Translations under genes and position numbers: made by a program | Part shown: positions 13,789-24,735 of the stretch, one piece after another | Layout: the number at the start of each line of letters is the position of its first letter | Numbering within the stretch: the stretch's first letter is position 1 | NCBI RefSeq assembly: GCF_024521635.1 | Contig: NW_026250417.1 | Coordinates: 744,001-808,000 of the forward strand | Direction: 5' to 3' | Length of the DNA stretch: 64,000 nt | From: Tricharina praecox | Lineage: Eukaryota | Notes under the pieces: model-generated | What the model saw: only the letters and a program-made list of their open reading frames with translations | Databases searched by the model: none | Told to the model about the DNA's origin: nothing

Positions 13789-16400
13789 ATGTTACAACTC
13801 CGAGCGCTGGTTACTCCAGCTTTCGCCAATCGCTTCTTCACCGCGTACACCTGCGCCATCGTCTTTGCCGTTATCCTCCGATACTGCTTCTTTGGTCTGC
13901 ACCCTCCGCATTAGGCGCAGTGTCGCGTGCCCTCCCCCAAAACCTAACTTTGGGCCGGCCAGAAACTAAAACCGAAACTGAGACTGACTTCGACAGATGC
14001 GCGGGATCCCTCGAAATGCGGCGCCCTGATGAATGAGGGCGTGTGGCTCGACCAACCTCTCGAGAAACATAGCGACTATGTGCCCCGGGAATGGCAGCCG
14101 CCCGGGTGCATGATCCACAACTACAAGCCGGCGGACATCTCGACGTGTCTTTCCGGTCGCCGCGTCGTGTTCGCCGGCGACTCGACGATCCGACAGCTGT
14201 TTTGGGGCGTGGCGAAGGCGCTCGATAAGGATGTCGACATGAGCAAGGCGGAGATGCACTCGGACATCACCGTGGAGCATGCCGGGGTCACCATGGAGTT
14301 CTACTGGGACCCGTTCCTCAACTCGACCTCTACCAACCGCGAGATTGATATGTTTGAGGGCGATAAATACTACCGCGAGAACTCGAATAGAGCCGCCTTG
14401 ATGCTCATGGGATCTGGGCTGTGGTATGCCCGGTTCGAGACGGTCAATGGTATGAAGAAGTGGAAGGACAACATCGATGGGATCGCGCAGCACATGCGAT
14501 ACGGCAGGAAGACGACGGATCTGACACACCAGGATTTGCTGTTGCTCGCGCCTGTTCCTGTCCCGGCGTTTGAGAAGCTCAACGAGGATCGTCGGAGGAC
14601 TATCACTCCCCAGAAGATCTTGGAGATGGACCAATACCTGCAGCAGCTGTCGGATATCCAGGGTATCGATGTTGTGTGGGCTCTGGCTGTCATGACTCGG
14701 GCCATGCCACAGACTTTCGAGAAATCCGGACTTCATTTGGTCGATTCGGTAGCGACCAAGCAGACGGATTTGTTGCTCAACCTTCGATGCAATGCCATGC
14801 TCCCGCCGAAGTATCCCTATGACAAGACTTGCTGCATGATGTATGAGCCTCCGAACTATCAGCAGTGGGCGGGTTTATTCATTGTGCTGGCCGTTCTTCC
14901 CGTGATGTCGTATCTTAGAAGCAAAGGTGTGCCCATCAACATCTCTTCGGTCCATCTCAACTAATATGGTGGCAGCGGAAGCGAAAGGAACTAGCCCCCC
15001 TCCATGGTTGCCGTCCGACAAGATTACACATGCCCTGCTTGTGTTTGGGCTTTCAGTCGCATACTGCTTCTACGCGGACCGTACGCAGGTGTTCAACAAG
15101 TTCCACAAGCATTACACCACGTTCGGATTCCTGAGCATGACGCTGACGTGGCTTGTCATGGGATATCTTACCGTTGGAAGGTCGGCCATCAATGTCCCCT
15201 CGCAGCCATTCCTGTCCCGCCACCAGACGGACGAATGGAAGGGGTGGTTGCAGTTTGCGATCCTCGTCTACCACTACACCGGGGCTTCCAAGATCCCGTG
15301 GATTTACGGCTTCATCCGAATCACAGTGGCGGCATACCTCTTCATGACTGGATACGGCCATGCGGCGTACTTCTACAAGAAGGGTGACTATTCGTTCAAG
15401 CGTGTGGCTGGTGTTCTCATCCGGCTTAACCTCCTCAGTTGTGTTCTCCCCTACATGATGAAGACGGAATACATCTTCTACTACTTTGCCCCGTTGGTAA
15501 CTTTCTGGTTCATAATCATCTACATCACCATGCGCATTGGATCTCAATACAACGGCAACATGCGCTTCCTTGTGTCTAAGATCATTGTTTCTGCCTTCCT
15601 AACCGCGCTGCTCGTCAAGTATCCCGGCGTGCTGGAGGCGCTCTTCGAGATCCCGCGTGTCATCGCCGGCACGCAATGGAACGTTGCAGAATTCCGATTC
15701 CGTCTCTCCCTCGATATGTGGATCGTGCACATCGGCATGCTCACGTCTATCCTCGCTGCAAAGCTCAGTGACGGCTCCTCACCCTACTCCGGCAACCTCC
15801 CCCGACTCCGCATATACGCCATCAGCGCCTCCTGCGTCTCCCTCCCCCTCTTCTTCCTCTTCCAGACCACGCGGGAGACAAAATTCATCTACAACGGGTA
15901 CCACCCATACATCTCGTTCATCCCGATCCTATCCTTCGTCGTGCTCCGCAACGCCACACCCAAGCTCCGGAACTGCCACTCTTCCATCTTCGCGTGGCTC
16001 GGGAAGTGCTCGCTGGAAACCTTCACCCTGCAGTTCCACATCTGGCTTGCCGCCGATACGCGCGGCCTGCTGGGTCTGAACCTTACCGGCGCCTACGGGA
16101 GAGGCACGAACTTTGCCCTCGCCACCGCGCTGTTCCTGTTCACGAGCCATTGTGTCGCTGGCGCCACGCAGGACCTGACTGGTTGGATCATGGGCGTGCC
16201 GGAGCCGAAGCAGGCGTTGCCGACTTCGAAGGAGGAGGCGGATAAGGACCGGGCCGAGAAGGGCCTGGGGCTGAAGGTGAAGTGTGCGATTATTTTGGCG
16301 GGGTTGTGGGCGCTTAATATGGTATATTCCGGATCTTTCTTGGGGGTGAGAGGGCGGGAGGATTATGGCTAACTAGCGATATCAGACATACACCCCGTGA
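13789..16400 (+). CDS. CAS1: Cas1p/CASD1-family O-acetyltransferase (SGNH-like domain plus multi-TM acyltransferase domain); unrelated to CRISPR Cas1
   Basis: Exon 1 MLQLRALV...RYCFF splices to DARDPSKCGALMNEG; FAGDSTIRQLF; FLSRHQTDEWKGW; AAYLFMTGYGH; YYFAPLVTFWF; GKCSLETFTLQFHIWL; short last exon ends TGA at 16400. Confidence 0.92.
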
Positions 16401-16939
16401 GAGAGTAGTGTATTGAGTAATCGGGCGGATGTGTAGATTCCGGTAGATGAAGTTTCTTGTACGATTTGAGTGTACGATTACTATTGGAGTGGGTCTTTGG
16501 ATCGGGTCATTGGATCATGTATTGAGTAGACGCTGGTGTTGGTACTCGTATGTACTGGGTCCTATGCAGTGCTCGTTTCGTTCGTTTCGTGGATAGCGCA
16601 TCATAGCTGGACACTCGTAGCAGATTCAAGTGACATGATTGTAGGCCTTATCGACGACTTTTGACTGAAATTGGCCAAATTAGAATACAAAATGAAATCT
16701 ATGGCCCGGATAAACCATGCACACATAGTATAAGCTCCCGCCGGTAGATAGATGCCATATAAAACCATCTGGGATAATTGCCGAACGAGACATGCACATG
16801 CAAGTACACAGCAGGAATCACCGAATCGGCAGGCCGCCGTTGTCTGCCTGAGAGCGGAGTAAAGACAGCACAATAGCAATAAATACAGCGCGGGTGAGCA
16901 GTCCCTCCTCCCTCCTCCCTCCCACCGCTCAGCTCAGCC

Positions 16940-18071
16940 ATGCGCCCAGCACGCATCCTATATCTCGCCGCGCTCCCGCTCGCGCTCGCGGCCAGCCCGG
17001 ACGCCGACACAGGCGCCGACACGCCGCACTACTGCAGCTACATCTACGTGGGCGGTTCATACGCGCCGTCGCCATCCAACTTCAGCGAGCGCGTGCACAG
17101 CGGGCAGATGTACGTCGAGCGTCTTACCCCCTCCCTGTCCCCCCCCCCCCCCCCCCCCCACTTGCGCCCATCCTCCTCCTCCACGGCAACGCGCAAACCG
17201 GCACCAACTTCCTAACCACGCCGAACGGGCGTTCGGGCTGGGCGTCGCACTTCCTTTCCGCCGGGCACACGGTGATCCTTCCGGACCAGACGTTCCGCGG
17301 GCGCTCGCCGACCCCCTCAGGATGCTGGCTAGTGGAGTACTCGGCCGAGTTTATTGCGCGGCAGTTTACGGCGCCGCGGGGGTGGCCGCAGGCACAGCTG
17401 CATACCCAGTGGCCCGGGGCGGGAACCCCCGGGGACGAGGTGTTTGATAGGTACTATAAGAGCACCGTGCCGTTTGAGGGGAATGGTACGCTGCAGCAGG
17501 AGCGGATGCGGGAGGTGTTGTTGGAGTTGGTTACTGGCGAGGAGGTGGGGGATAGCGGGGTAGTGGTAGTCGCGCATTTACAGGCGGGGTTGTTTGCGTG
17601 GGCGCTTGCGGATGCGGTGCCAGGGAGGGTGAGGGCGCTCGTTGTCCTGGAGCCGAGTGGGCCGCCGTTTAGGGAGAGGGTGCGGAGTACGGCTCCCGCG
17701 AGGAGGTGGGGGGCGACGGATATTCCGCTGGTGTATGAGCCGCACGTCGTGGATCCTGAGACGGAGTTCAAGTTGGTCGAGGTCGGGCTGGATACGCCGG
17801 GGAATGCGAGCTGCTTGTTGCAGCGGGAGGCGCGGTTAGGGCGTTAAAGAGGCTGAGTGATGTGCCCGTGCTGCTGGTCACCGCCGAGGCGAGTTATCAT
17901 GCCGTCTATGATCACTGCACGGTGGCGTTTTTGAGGCAGGCCGGGGTTAAGGTCGAGTGGATGAAGCTGTTGGAGAAGGGGCAGCGCGGGAATGGGCATA
18001 TGTTCTTCATGGAGAAGGATAGTCGCGAGGTGTGGAAGTTGGTGGAAGAGTGGATCACGGGATTGAAATAG
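16940..18071 (+). pseudogene. Secreted alpha/beta-hydrolase (lipase/esterase-like), disrupted by two frameshifts and loss of the catalytic Ser
   Basis: Signal peptide MRPARILYLAALPLALA, GQMYVERL, frame change in the C21 run (17139-17159) to PILLLHGNAQTGTNF...DQTFRGRS, nucleophile elbow reads AHLQAG, second frame change near 17830 before VRALKRLSDVPVLLVTAEASYH...GNGHMFFMEK. Confidence 0.8.
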
Positions 18072-18218
18072 AGCAGCAGACGGGAGCGCGACGGGAGCTA
18101 AACAGCAATCAATAGTGTGTGTATATTGATCCTATGAAAGTCTTGATTTCGATATCTAGAGGAAAGTGAAAAAACGTGGACTCATATACGTGCGAGAGCC
18201 AGTCCTTCAATCTCCGGC

Positions 18219-18953
18219 TTACGCCCTCTTCTTGCCCCTCATGTTCTTCCTCCTCTGGCGGATCATGTGGGTGTACTGGTTGTACAATCCTATCTCTGTC
18301 AGCAGTCGTCCCCTCCTCGGAGTAGTGATTCACTTACCAGGTCCGTATGTGGCCAGAATAGCAACCAGAACCCAATAGTAGGTTTCGTTCTTCGCGTAGA
18401 CCTCCGGGAGCGCACGGAAGATACACCACGCCTCACTACCGGCACCAAGGGGATACAAGATGAAAAAGGTATTGTACCTCAACCAGTTGAGGACACCGCC
18501 GCTGCCGCCAGACAGGTTGATCACGTAGTAAGTGTAGCGACAGACCTCGGTGATGCTCCAGGCGATGAGCATGGACGTGTAGGCGTTGCTCTGCTGGGGC
18601 GCCGAGAACCGGTCGCAGACGCCCCACACGAGGAGCAGACGCGAGGCAACCTGCAGGATCGTGGTCGGCAGCGAGGAGCGGAGGAGCCCGAACGCGATGT
18701 GGAAGATCTCGAGGATCGCGAGCGTCTGCACCCATTTCGTGTAGTCGCCGAGGGATTCGTGGATGTGCGTGGGCCCGACGAGAGGGAGCAGGAGCACGGT
18801 TCGCCCGAGGACGCCGGCCCAGAGCGCCGCGGAAAGGGCGTTGTAGGCTATCAGGCTGGAGGGACGCGCCGGGTCAGCATGTGGGAAGGTTTGTGGGGTG
18901 TCGTGGAGGAACTACTAGCGCGTGGAGACCGAGGCTGTTTTTCTACTCTCCAT
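18219..18953 (-). CDS. PHS1: Very-long-chain (3R)-3-hydroxyacyl-CoA dehydratase (PTPLA family), 3 exons
   Basis: RYLIAYNALS, VQTLAILEIFH, TILQVASRL, AWSITEVCRYTYY, WLRYNTFFILYPLG, YTHMIRQRRK. Confidence 0.95.
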
Positions 18954-19378
18954 TGTGGGTGTGTTGGGTAGGTGATTGGGATGCGGAGTTATCGGTGAGA
19001 TGTGAAGAGAGTGTGGGGTGAAGGTTGTGGGGTTTATAGGGATTACGATTGCGAGCGAGGCCAGGTGTTTTTTTTCGTTGGGAAGAACCGTTGGGCCTTG
19101 GGATATGTAGGGCCGGCTGTGGTGAGAACTGGACACTCCGGAACGGGGAAACGATCATCCGGCCAAAAATCCAACACACAATATATCGCAGTGACGATAG
19201 ATATTCCGATGAAGTCGGTCGTTTTACTTTCTTTTTTCTCAGTGCACAGCTATTCCCGGTTCACAAAATACCGGTATTTCCATCCTCAAGACTCGGACCA
19301 TCCGATTCGGATTGCTTATGCTGATCTTGTCTTATAACCTCTTATCATCACCATCATCATCATGCGCTGCTCAGTTCT

Positions 19379-19882
19379 TCAGTCGGATCCGGATTGCTCA
19401 TCGGGTCCGGACTGCTCATCGGGTCCGGACTGCTCATCGGGTCCGGACTGCTCATCGGGTCCGGACTGCTCATCGGGTCCGGACTGCTCATCGGGTCCAT
19501 CTTCAACCGGTGGTAACTCTTTTTCGGGAGCTGAGCGCTTCGGCCAGCTGAAATCCGGGCGCCAGCCGAAATCCGGGCGCCAGCCGAGACTCGGACGCCA
19601 GCTGAGATCCGGACGCCAGCCGAGATCCGGACGCCAGCCGACACTCGGCCGCCAGCTAAAATCCGGATGCCAACCGACACTCGGACGCCAATTGAAATCC
19701 GGATGCCAACCCCCCTCCGACACCCAGGTTGTAATTGCGGGCTGATAGATCTTGGTTGGATCGCTACAACCGGCGAAGTTGCAGGGCCCGGAATTGCTGG
19801 AGCAGATGCCGGACAGATTGCATAGCATGCAGCTGCCCAGCAGGACTGCCAGGGTCCCCATGAATCGTGATTGCGGCTGCAT
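19379..19882 (-). CDS. Small orphan repeat protein (167 aa): hydrophobic/Cys-rich N-terminus, 9 W[RH]P[DS][FVL][GSN] repeats, KR, 6 GPDEQS repeats; candidate secreted peptide precursor
   Basis: Open frame from ATG 19882 to TGA 19379. Both arrays have an 18-nt in-frame period, and the Trp array keeps W and P while other codons vary. A branch point/acceptor (CTAAC...CTACAG) lies just upstream, suggesting a 5'-UTR intron. Confidence 0.7.
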   Translation of the reverse strand: MQPQSRFMGTLAVLLGSCMLCNLSGICSSNSGPCNFAGCSDPTKIYQPAITTWVSEGGWHPDFNWRPSVGWHPDFSWRPSVGWRPDLGWRPDLSWRPSLGWRPDFGWRPDFSWPKRSAPEKELPPVEDGPDEQSGPDEQSGPDEQSGPDEQSGPDEQSGPDEQSGSD

Positions 19883-20857
19883 CGGTTCGTGTTTCGTGTG
19901 CCGTGTGTCGTGTGTCGTGTGTCGTCCTGTAGGAGTGTTGGTTAGTGGAGGCGAGGTATGGTAGGTATCAGACGGGTTGGAGCACGGTGATTTGCTATAT
20001 GGCCTGGAAAGACTCGAGATGAAGGATGAATTATGAGTGATGGTGATGGTGCATTCAACTTGCTCCGCTCTATATGAAGTACCTAAACGACTGGTGAATA
20101 CAACCACAAAGGTTAATGCAGAGGGAAGGTGGAATGGGGGCACGTAAGGTATTCCGGCGAGTGGTGCCGGGAGTCTGAATGGGAGGACGACAATGAACGT
20201 GACCGGCTGGGTGAATCTAAATCACTCGACAGGACCTGGCGAATGGTGGCAGCAGGAGCTATTGGGAGTTGTGTATCCACCTCCCGGCGGTTTGCTTGCG
20301 CAACCTATTCACACATAACCGTCTCACCCTGCCGCACAACAACAAACAAGCGTTTGTTTCATAATGAAGCATTCGACCTATCTACGCAGATCAAGGCATA
20401 TCACCAGGACCCGAGTCCCTTCCCGATCAACGATAAAACAAAAATCACAGCGCGGATCTCCCCAAAGCCGCCAAAGACAATTAGAAAACGCACCAAGGGT
20501 AAACTCGAATCCACCCCTGCCCTCACCGTGGTCAGAGGCCGCCCGTGAGTGATCTTCCATGCCTTACACTTGCTTACTCTACACACATACATCATACCGG
20601 TACATGCCATCCAGGCTCCAGCAACCAAGTTGCAGATCACAGCCGCGCTTACTTCCTTCCTTCCTTACTTAATTACTTACGATCCAGATCCAGGTACGGT
20701 ACGGTACGTCGGTACCTTATGTACCCAGGTATCCACCGAAATATCTTCCAGATCCGCGCTTACGCTCGACTGCACACTGTACCATGTCGATCGTCGGGCG
20801 CGGTATAACCACATAACCACATAACCACATACCTAGTACAGTACTAATAGTACAGTC

Positions 20858-21133
20858 ATGCTCTCGCAAGACATGACAAGGCTCGAACAACATATCATCT
20901 CACAGTTTACTGACCGGACGATGGAGGATCGCAGTGCCTTATCTGCTATATCACAAGCGAAAGCGAATGGCAAGGCCGGGCCAGGCCACCGTGGCGTTGT
21001 TGGATTTATATATGGACGGATCGGGGAAATATTTCTCTGGCCTTGGCTCAGGAACTGGAACGAGAGCATGTATGCATTTCCTCCGATTACGTGTTGACAG
21101 TGCTGCTGCCGGTGCTGCAGGGTCGGGTCGTGA
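20858..21133 (+). CDS. Possible small hypothetical protein (~74 aa, 2 exons)
   Basis: ORF MLSQDMTRLEQH...WLRNWNES with GTATGC donor at 21070 and CTGCAG acceptor ending 21120, giving ...SMVGS*. No recognisable domain. Confidence 0.3.
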
Positions 21134-21410
21134 CTCGTACGGCGGCGGAGGAGGTATCTACACTTACATTTGCGCTGGGCGCGGGGCAGCAGGTAGGCAC
21201 ATATCCAGGTACGGCATCGTAAAAAAAAACGGTAGGGTATGTACGCATTGTGAAACTGAGTAAAGCACGCGCGACATCGGCAGGATACCTAGGTTACATC
21301 ATAAGAGTTTATCCCCTGCTCTCCAACCAACCCGTTTCCACAGTCACGACCCCGGATGAATGTATCACGTATCATGTATGATATGTACGATGTGTATACC
21401 CAACCGCGAA

Positions 21411-22337
21411 TCAGTACAGGAAAAGCCTATCCTTCGCATCCTGCACCACCCAGTCAAGCCCTTCGAACAGGTTTTCGCCTGTCATGGCGCTGCAAGGCAG
21501 GATCGTCCATTTGTGGGACTTGATGTCGTCGAGTCGCAGGCCCTGGATGAATCGTCAGCTTCGCGGTTCTATCTGTAGACGAAATTACGGTGCTCTGTAG
21601 GAGCTTCATGATCCTCACGTGCGTCCTGATGCCCAGCGATATCAGGGGGAACGTGGGGGTGGAGGGGGGTATCGAATGCCTACCTCTCGGATCTCCTGAA
21701 GGTCCATACACCCACTAACATCGGTCTTGTTGGCGAAGACGAGCAGACTGGCACCGAGTAATCTCTGCAGCACGTACCATAGTCGGCAAAACCGTCTTCA
21801 GCTAGAATCGAGAGGGAGGGCAACGTACATACCTCTTGCTGAAGCAGGCCGGCAAGCTCCTCGGCACAATTTTCGAGACGGAAACGGTCGGTGGCGTCGA
21901 CAACCCAGATCAGCGCATCCGTCTTTTCGAAGTAGTTGCGCCAGTAGCTTCGCAAAGTCTTTTGGCCGCCGACATCCCCTTTGGCCGCGTGTTAGCTTCT
22001 TCTTCGATGCGGGAAACGAGAGCCCCCCCCCGTAGCGGCTTCCACCACTCACAGATGTTCAACTTGTAGCTATAGATATCACCGGATTAGCTACCGGCCA
22101 CAACATCTATCGCCCATCGCGCGGCCGAACACACGCGGACGGACGGACGGCGCATGCAAGCACGCACCCTTGGTAGTCGATAGTCTTGATGATGAATCCC
22201 AGCGTGGGACTGACGGTATTGACGTCCTCGTTCATGATGCACTTGACAATGGTAGTTTTCCCCGCATTGTCGAGGCCGAGCATCAGCACGCGCATCTCCT
22301 TGTCCTTCAGCTGCGCCTTGCGCAGGATGGAGAGCAT
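21411..22337 (-). CDS. ARL2: ADP-ribosylation factor-like GTPase 2 (Cin4/Alp41 orthologue), 5 exons
   Basis: [35 protein letters not shown], micro-exon [41 protein letters not shown]. Confidence 0.97.
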
Positions 22338-23420
22338 TGTTACTGGGTTACGGGTGGTTACGCGGGAGTTAGGTTGTCGGCAGAGGGAAGTGGGGAGGGT
22401 GGGCTTGCAAGTTGTAGGTTGTGCGAACAACGTTGGAACTTGGAGCTTGGAAACGACAAGCGCAAGCGAGTGGTGGGGTGTTAGTTACTGGCACGTTGCC
22501 GGCAGCCGCACCAGCGAACCAGGTGTTCGTGCCAAGGGAACGCATCGCTCGCAACGTGGTCAATGCGTGGTCCAATGGTGCTACATGGCGTGCTACATAC
22601 ACAGCCTTCAAGTTCAAAGTTCCAAGTGTTCCTTGCCTCAGCCATATATAACCGGAGACATGTATATTCTACATAGATTCATGGAGTCTACAGTACGGCA
22701 TGACAAGATCCGTCATCCCAGTGCCCACCGGTTCGCCGTCAGAGAGTAAAGTATTGACGGGCTCACCGGTCCCCCCGATCCCGCAAGTATTGACGGTCTC
22801 ACTCCGGTTCGGACTCCCGGCCAGGAGATAGAGTATATGCGCCTGCCAGAACATTCTAGAAAATTACTACAACGGAAGACTCGAGGGTTGCTTGGGAAAC
22901 GGAGGACGACTCTTCACGAAATTCGAAGCTCAGCACGTCTTTGTAACATTAATTGTCTATACTAAATAGAGTGTTGCCGAACGATGTAAGACCGCAAATC
23001 AACAGATTCAACAGAATTAAAAGCACCATAGAACCAACGGAACCAGAAGAATTAACAGAACCAGCAGAACCGATCGAAAGAAACAAAGTGAAGCCAAAGA
23101 AAAACACGACACAGAAACGCCAGCACACTCATGTATACCCACCGTCTAGTCCATACCCAGTACCTAATGCTGATGAAGCCCCGCGGCCATGCAAGCAAGA
23201 CAAAAAGACAAAGATAGAAACCGAAACCCCGTGAAAACAAAAAAAAGGAACGAGACATCCCAAGGCAAACAGAACCCTCAGCGCCAACTCTAAATCCTCC
23301 TCTAGATCTTCCATCAGACACACGAACAGGCGAATGGGCGTTTGGCGCTCGTCAGGCAGTCCTGTAACTAGCAGCCGTATCCCAAAAACAGGTGTGGCGC
23401 GGTAGGGCTACCACTCCACC

Positions 23421-24251
23421 CTAGGCGAGATCACCGGCGAGGTACTGCGAAATCCTTGTCCACTTCCACTCGCCATTATTGACCCAGCCCGCATGCTGCC
23501 GGGCGAGATCGAGGTAACCCTTTCCCGCGGCGAGGCGGCGCTGCTTTGCGATGTCTCCGCCGGCATCGTAGGTTTCGAGGGGACGCACGGCGAGCTGTAC
23601 GCTATGGCGTGTGATAGCGCCCCAGGTCTCGGCGAGCTCGCGCAGCGTGCACGCGTCGCCCGAGATGACGATGCGGTCGGCGAGCTGCCGCGGCTCGTGC
23701 CGGCTGATGCTCGCGATCGCCATGCCGACGTCCTTGGTCGACGTGAAGCTGATCTTGGGGTCCGTCCGTCCCCCGCACTGCGGCATCACCGCTTCGATCC
23801 GCCGGCTCGATAGCATGATCCCAAAGTGCGTGTGGTTCGTCATCGCCGGCTCCATCAGGATCCCGCAGAACAGCTGCACCGTCTTAAGGCCCCAAGAGCG
23901 GGCTCGCTGCGCGTGTGCCTCCTTCGCAGAGAGCTCGGGCTCCGGAGTGTAGCGGGAGTGGTCGAGGTCGCTAGCACGCCGATGTTAGCAAAGTCCGAAT
24001 CGATGAGGTGAGAGTAGAAATTCCGGCGGAGGAATACGACTGTTGTTTTTTTTTTCTGTTTCCTCCGCCCGGAAGCTCCTGTAGAATTTGTGGAATCCGA
24101 TAACTTACTATTCAGAAGGTATGTACAATCTAACCCTGGCTCTTGCTGCGGCGTATGCAAGGACGTCCCAGGTGTGCGGGCAGACTGTTGCCGTATGTCA
24201 GATAAATCTGCCTTGCACACACGAAGACCTCGGAGGAGCCACTCATGAAGC

Positions 24252-24311
<60 letters not shown>

Positions 24312-24735
24312 GGGGGGGGGGGGTTGTTTTCGAGAAGGAAAAAATAAGGATATCGAGATGTTGCATTCATGCCGCCCAAGGGATTGTGTGTTGTGTGTGT
24401 ACTTACATCCTATGAGATTCACCAGCACATCGACACCTTCGAGGGCCGAATCCAAAGATTCGGGGTCATTGTAATCGACGAGGAGGTAAAGGACCTATTG
24501 CGGGGAGATTCCATCCGTTAGCTTTCCAACATACACCATTAGATGTCTGTGAGTGAGGGAGGAGGGTCGTCCATACCGGTTGCCGTGCAGAGACTCTTCT
24601 CACGTTCATGGGATCTCTGGTCAGGACTCTGACGGAGTCGTAGTAGTTTCCGAATTGCGCAGAGACGAAGGCCGCCAATGTGTCAACTCCGAGGAGGCCG
24701 TGGTAGCCGGCGATTGCAATGGTTTTTCGAGACAT
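23421..24735 (-). CDS. NmrA-like/isoflavone-reductase-like NAD(P)-binding protein, 4 exons
   Basis: IAIAGYHGLLG Rossmann motif, VRVLTRD, VDYNDPESLDSALEGVDVLVNLIG, VRLYIPSEY, ISFTSTKDVGMAIA, ISGD. Confidence 0.85.
24254..24323. repeat. (AG)n microsatellite fused to a G23 homopolymer, inside an intron of the NmrA-like gene
   Basis: Directly visible. Confidence 0.95.

Noticed and set aside
13789..16400. 'CAS1' as a CRISPR component; 18-bp tandem arrays elsewhere as CRISPR arrays
   Set aside because: This is the fungal Cas1p O-acetyltransferase. The arrays at 19385-19498 and 27033-27184 have no unique spacers, and the DNA is eukaryotic.
19360..19745. Alternative-frame repeat ORFs (SSGPDC, GRQPKS, SAGVRI, SSPDPM, HRVRTA)
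   Set aside because: Shadows of in-frame 18-nt repeats. Only the Trp frame has an ATG with a hydrophobic leader and the motif shared with the 27903 ORF.
19379..19882. Canonical alpha-type pheromone or ustiloxin-type (dikaritin) precursor
   Set aside because: Repeats are not separated by KR/RR or Ste13-type dipeptides, and I see no DUF3328/UstYa gene in the window. Kept only as a non-canonical candidate.
21035..21097. WLRNWNESMYAFP resembling WLREWESDSLCQFP of the 27903 ORF
   Set aside because: Short, needs a gap, the YAFP part probably lies in an intron, and PAITTW is absent.
21542..21682. Possible C/D snoRNA in the longer ARL2 intron
   Set aside because: Only a degenerate box C-like GTGAGGA, the CTGA coincides with the branch point, and I could not identify an rRNA guide.
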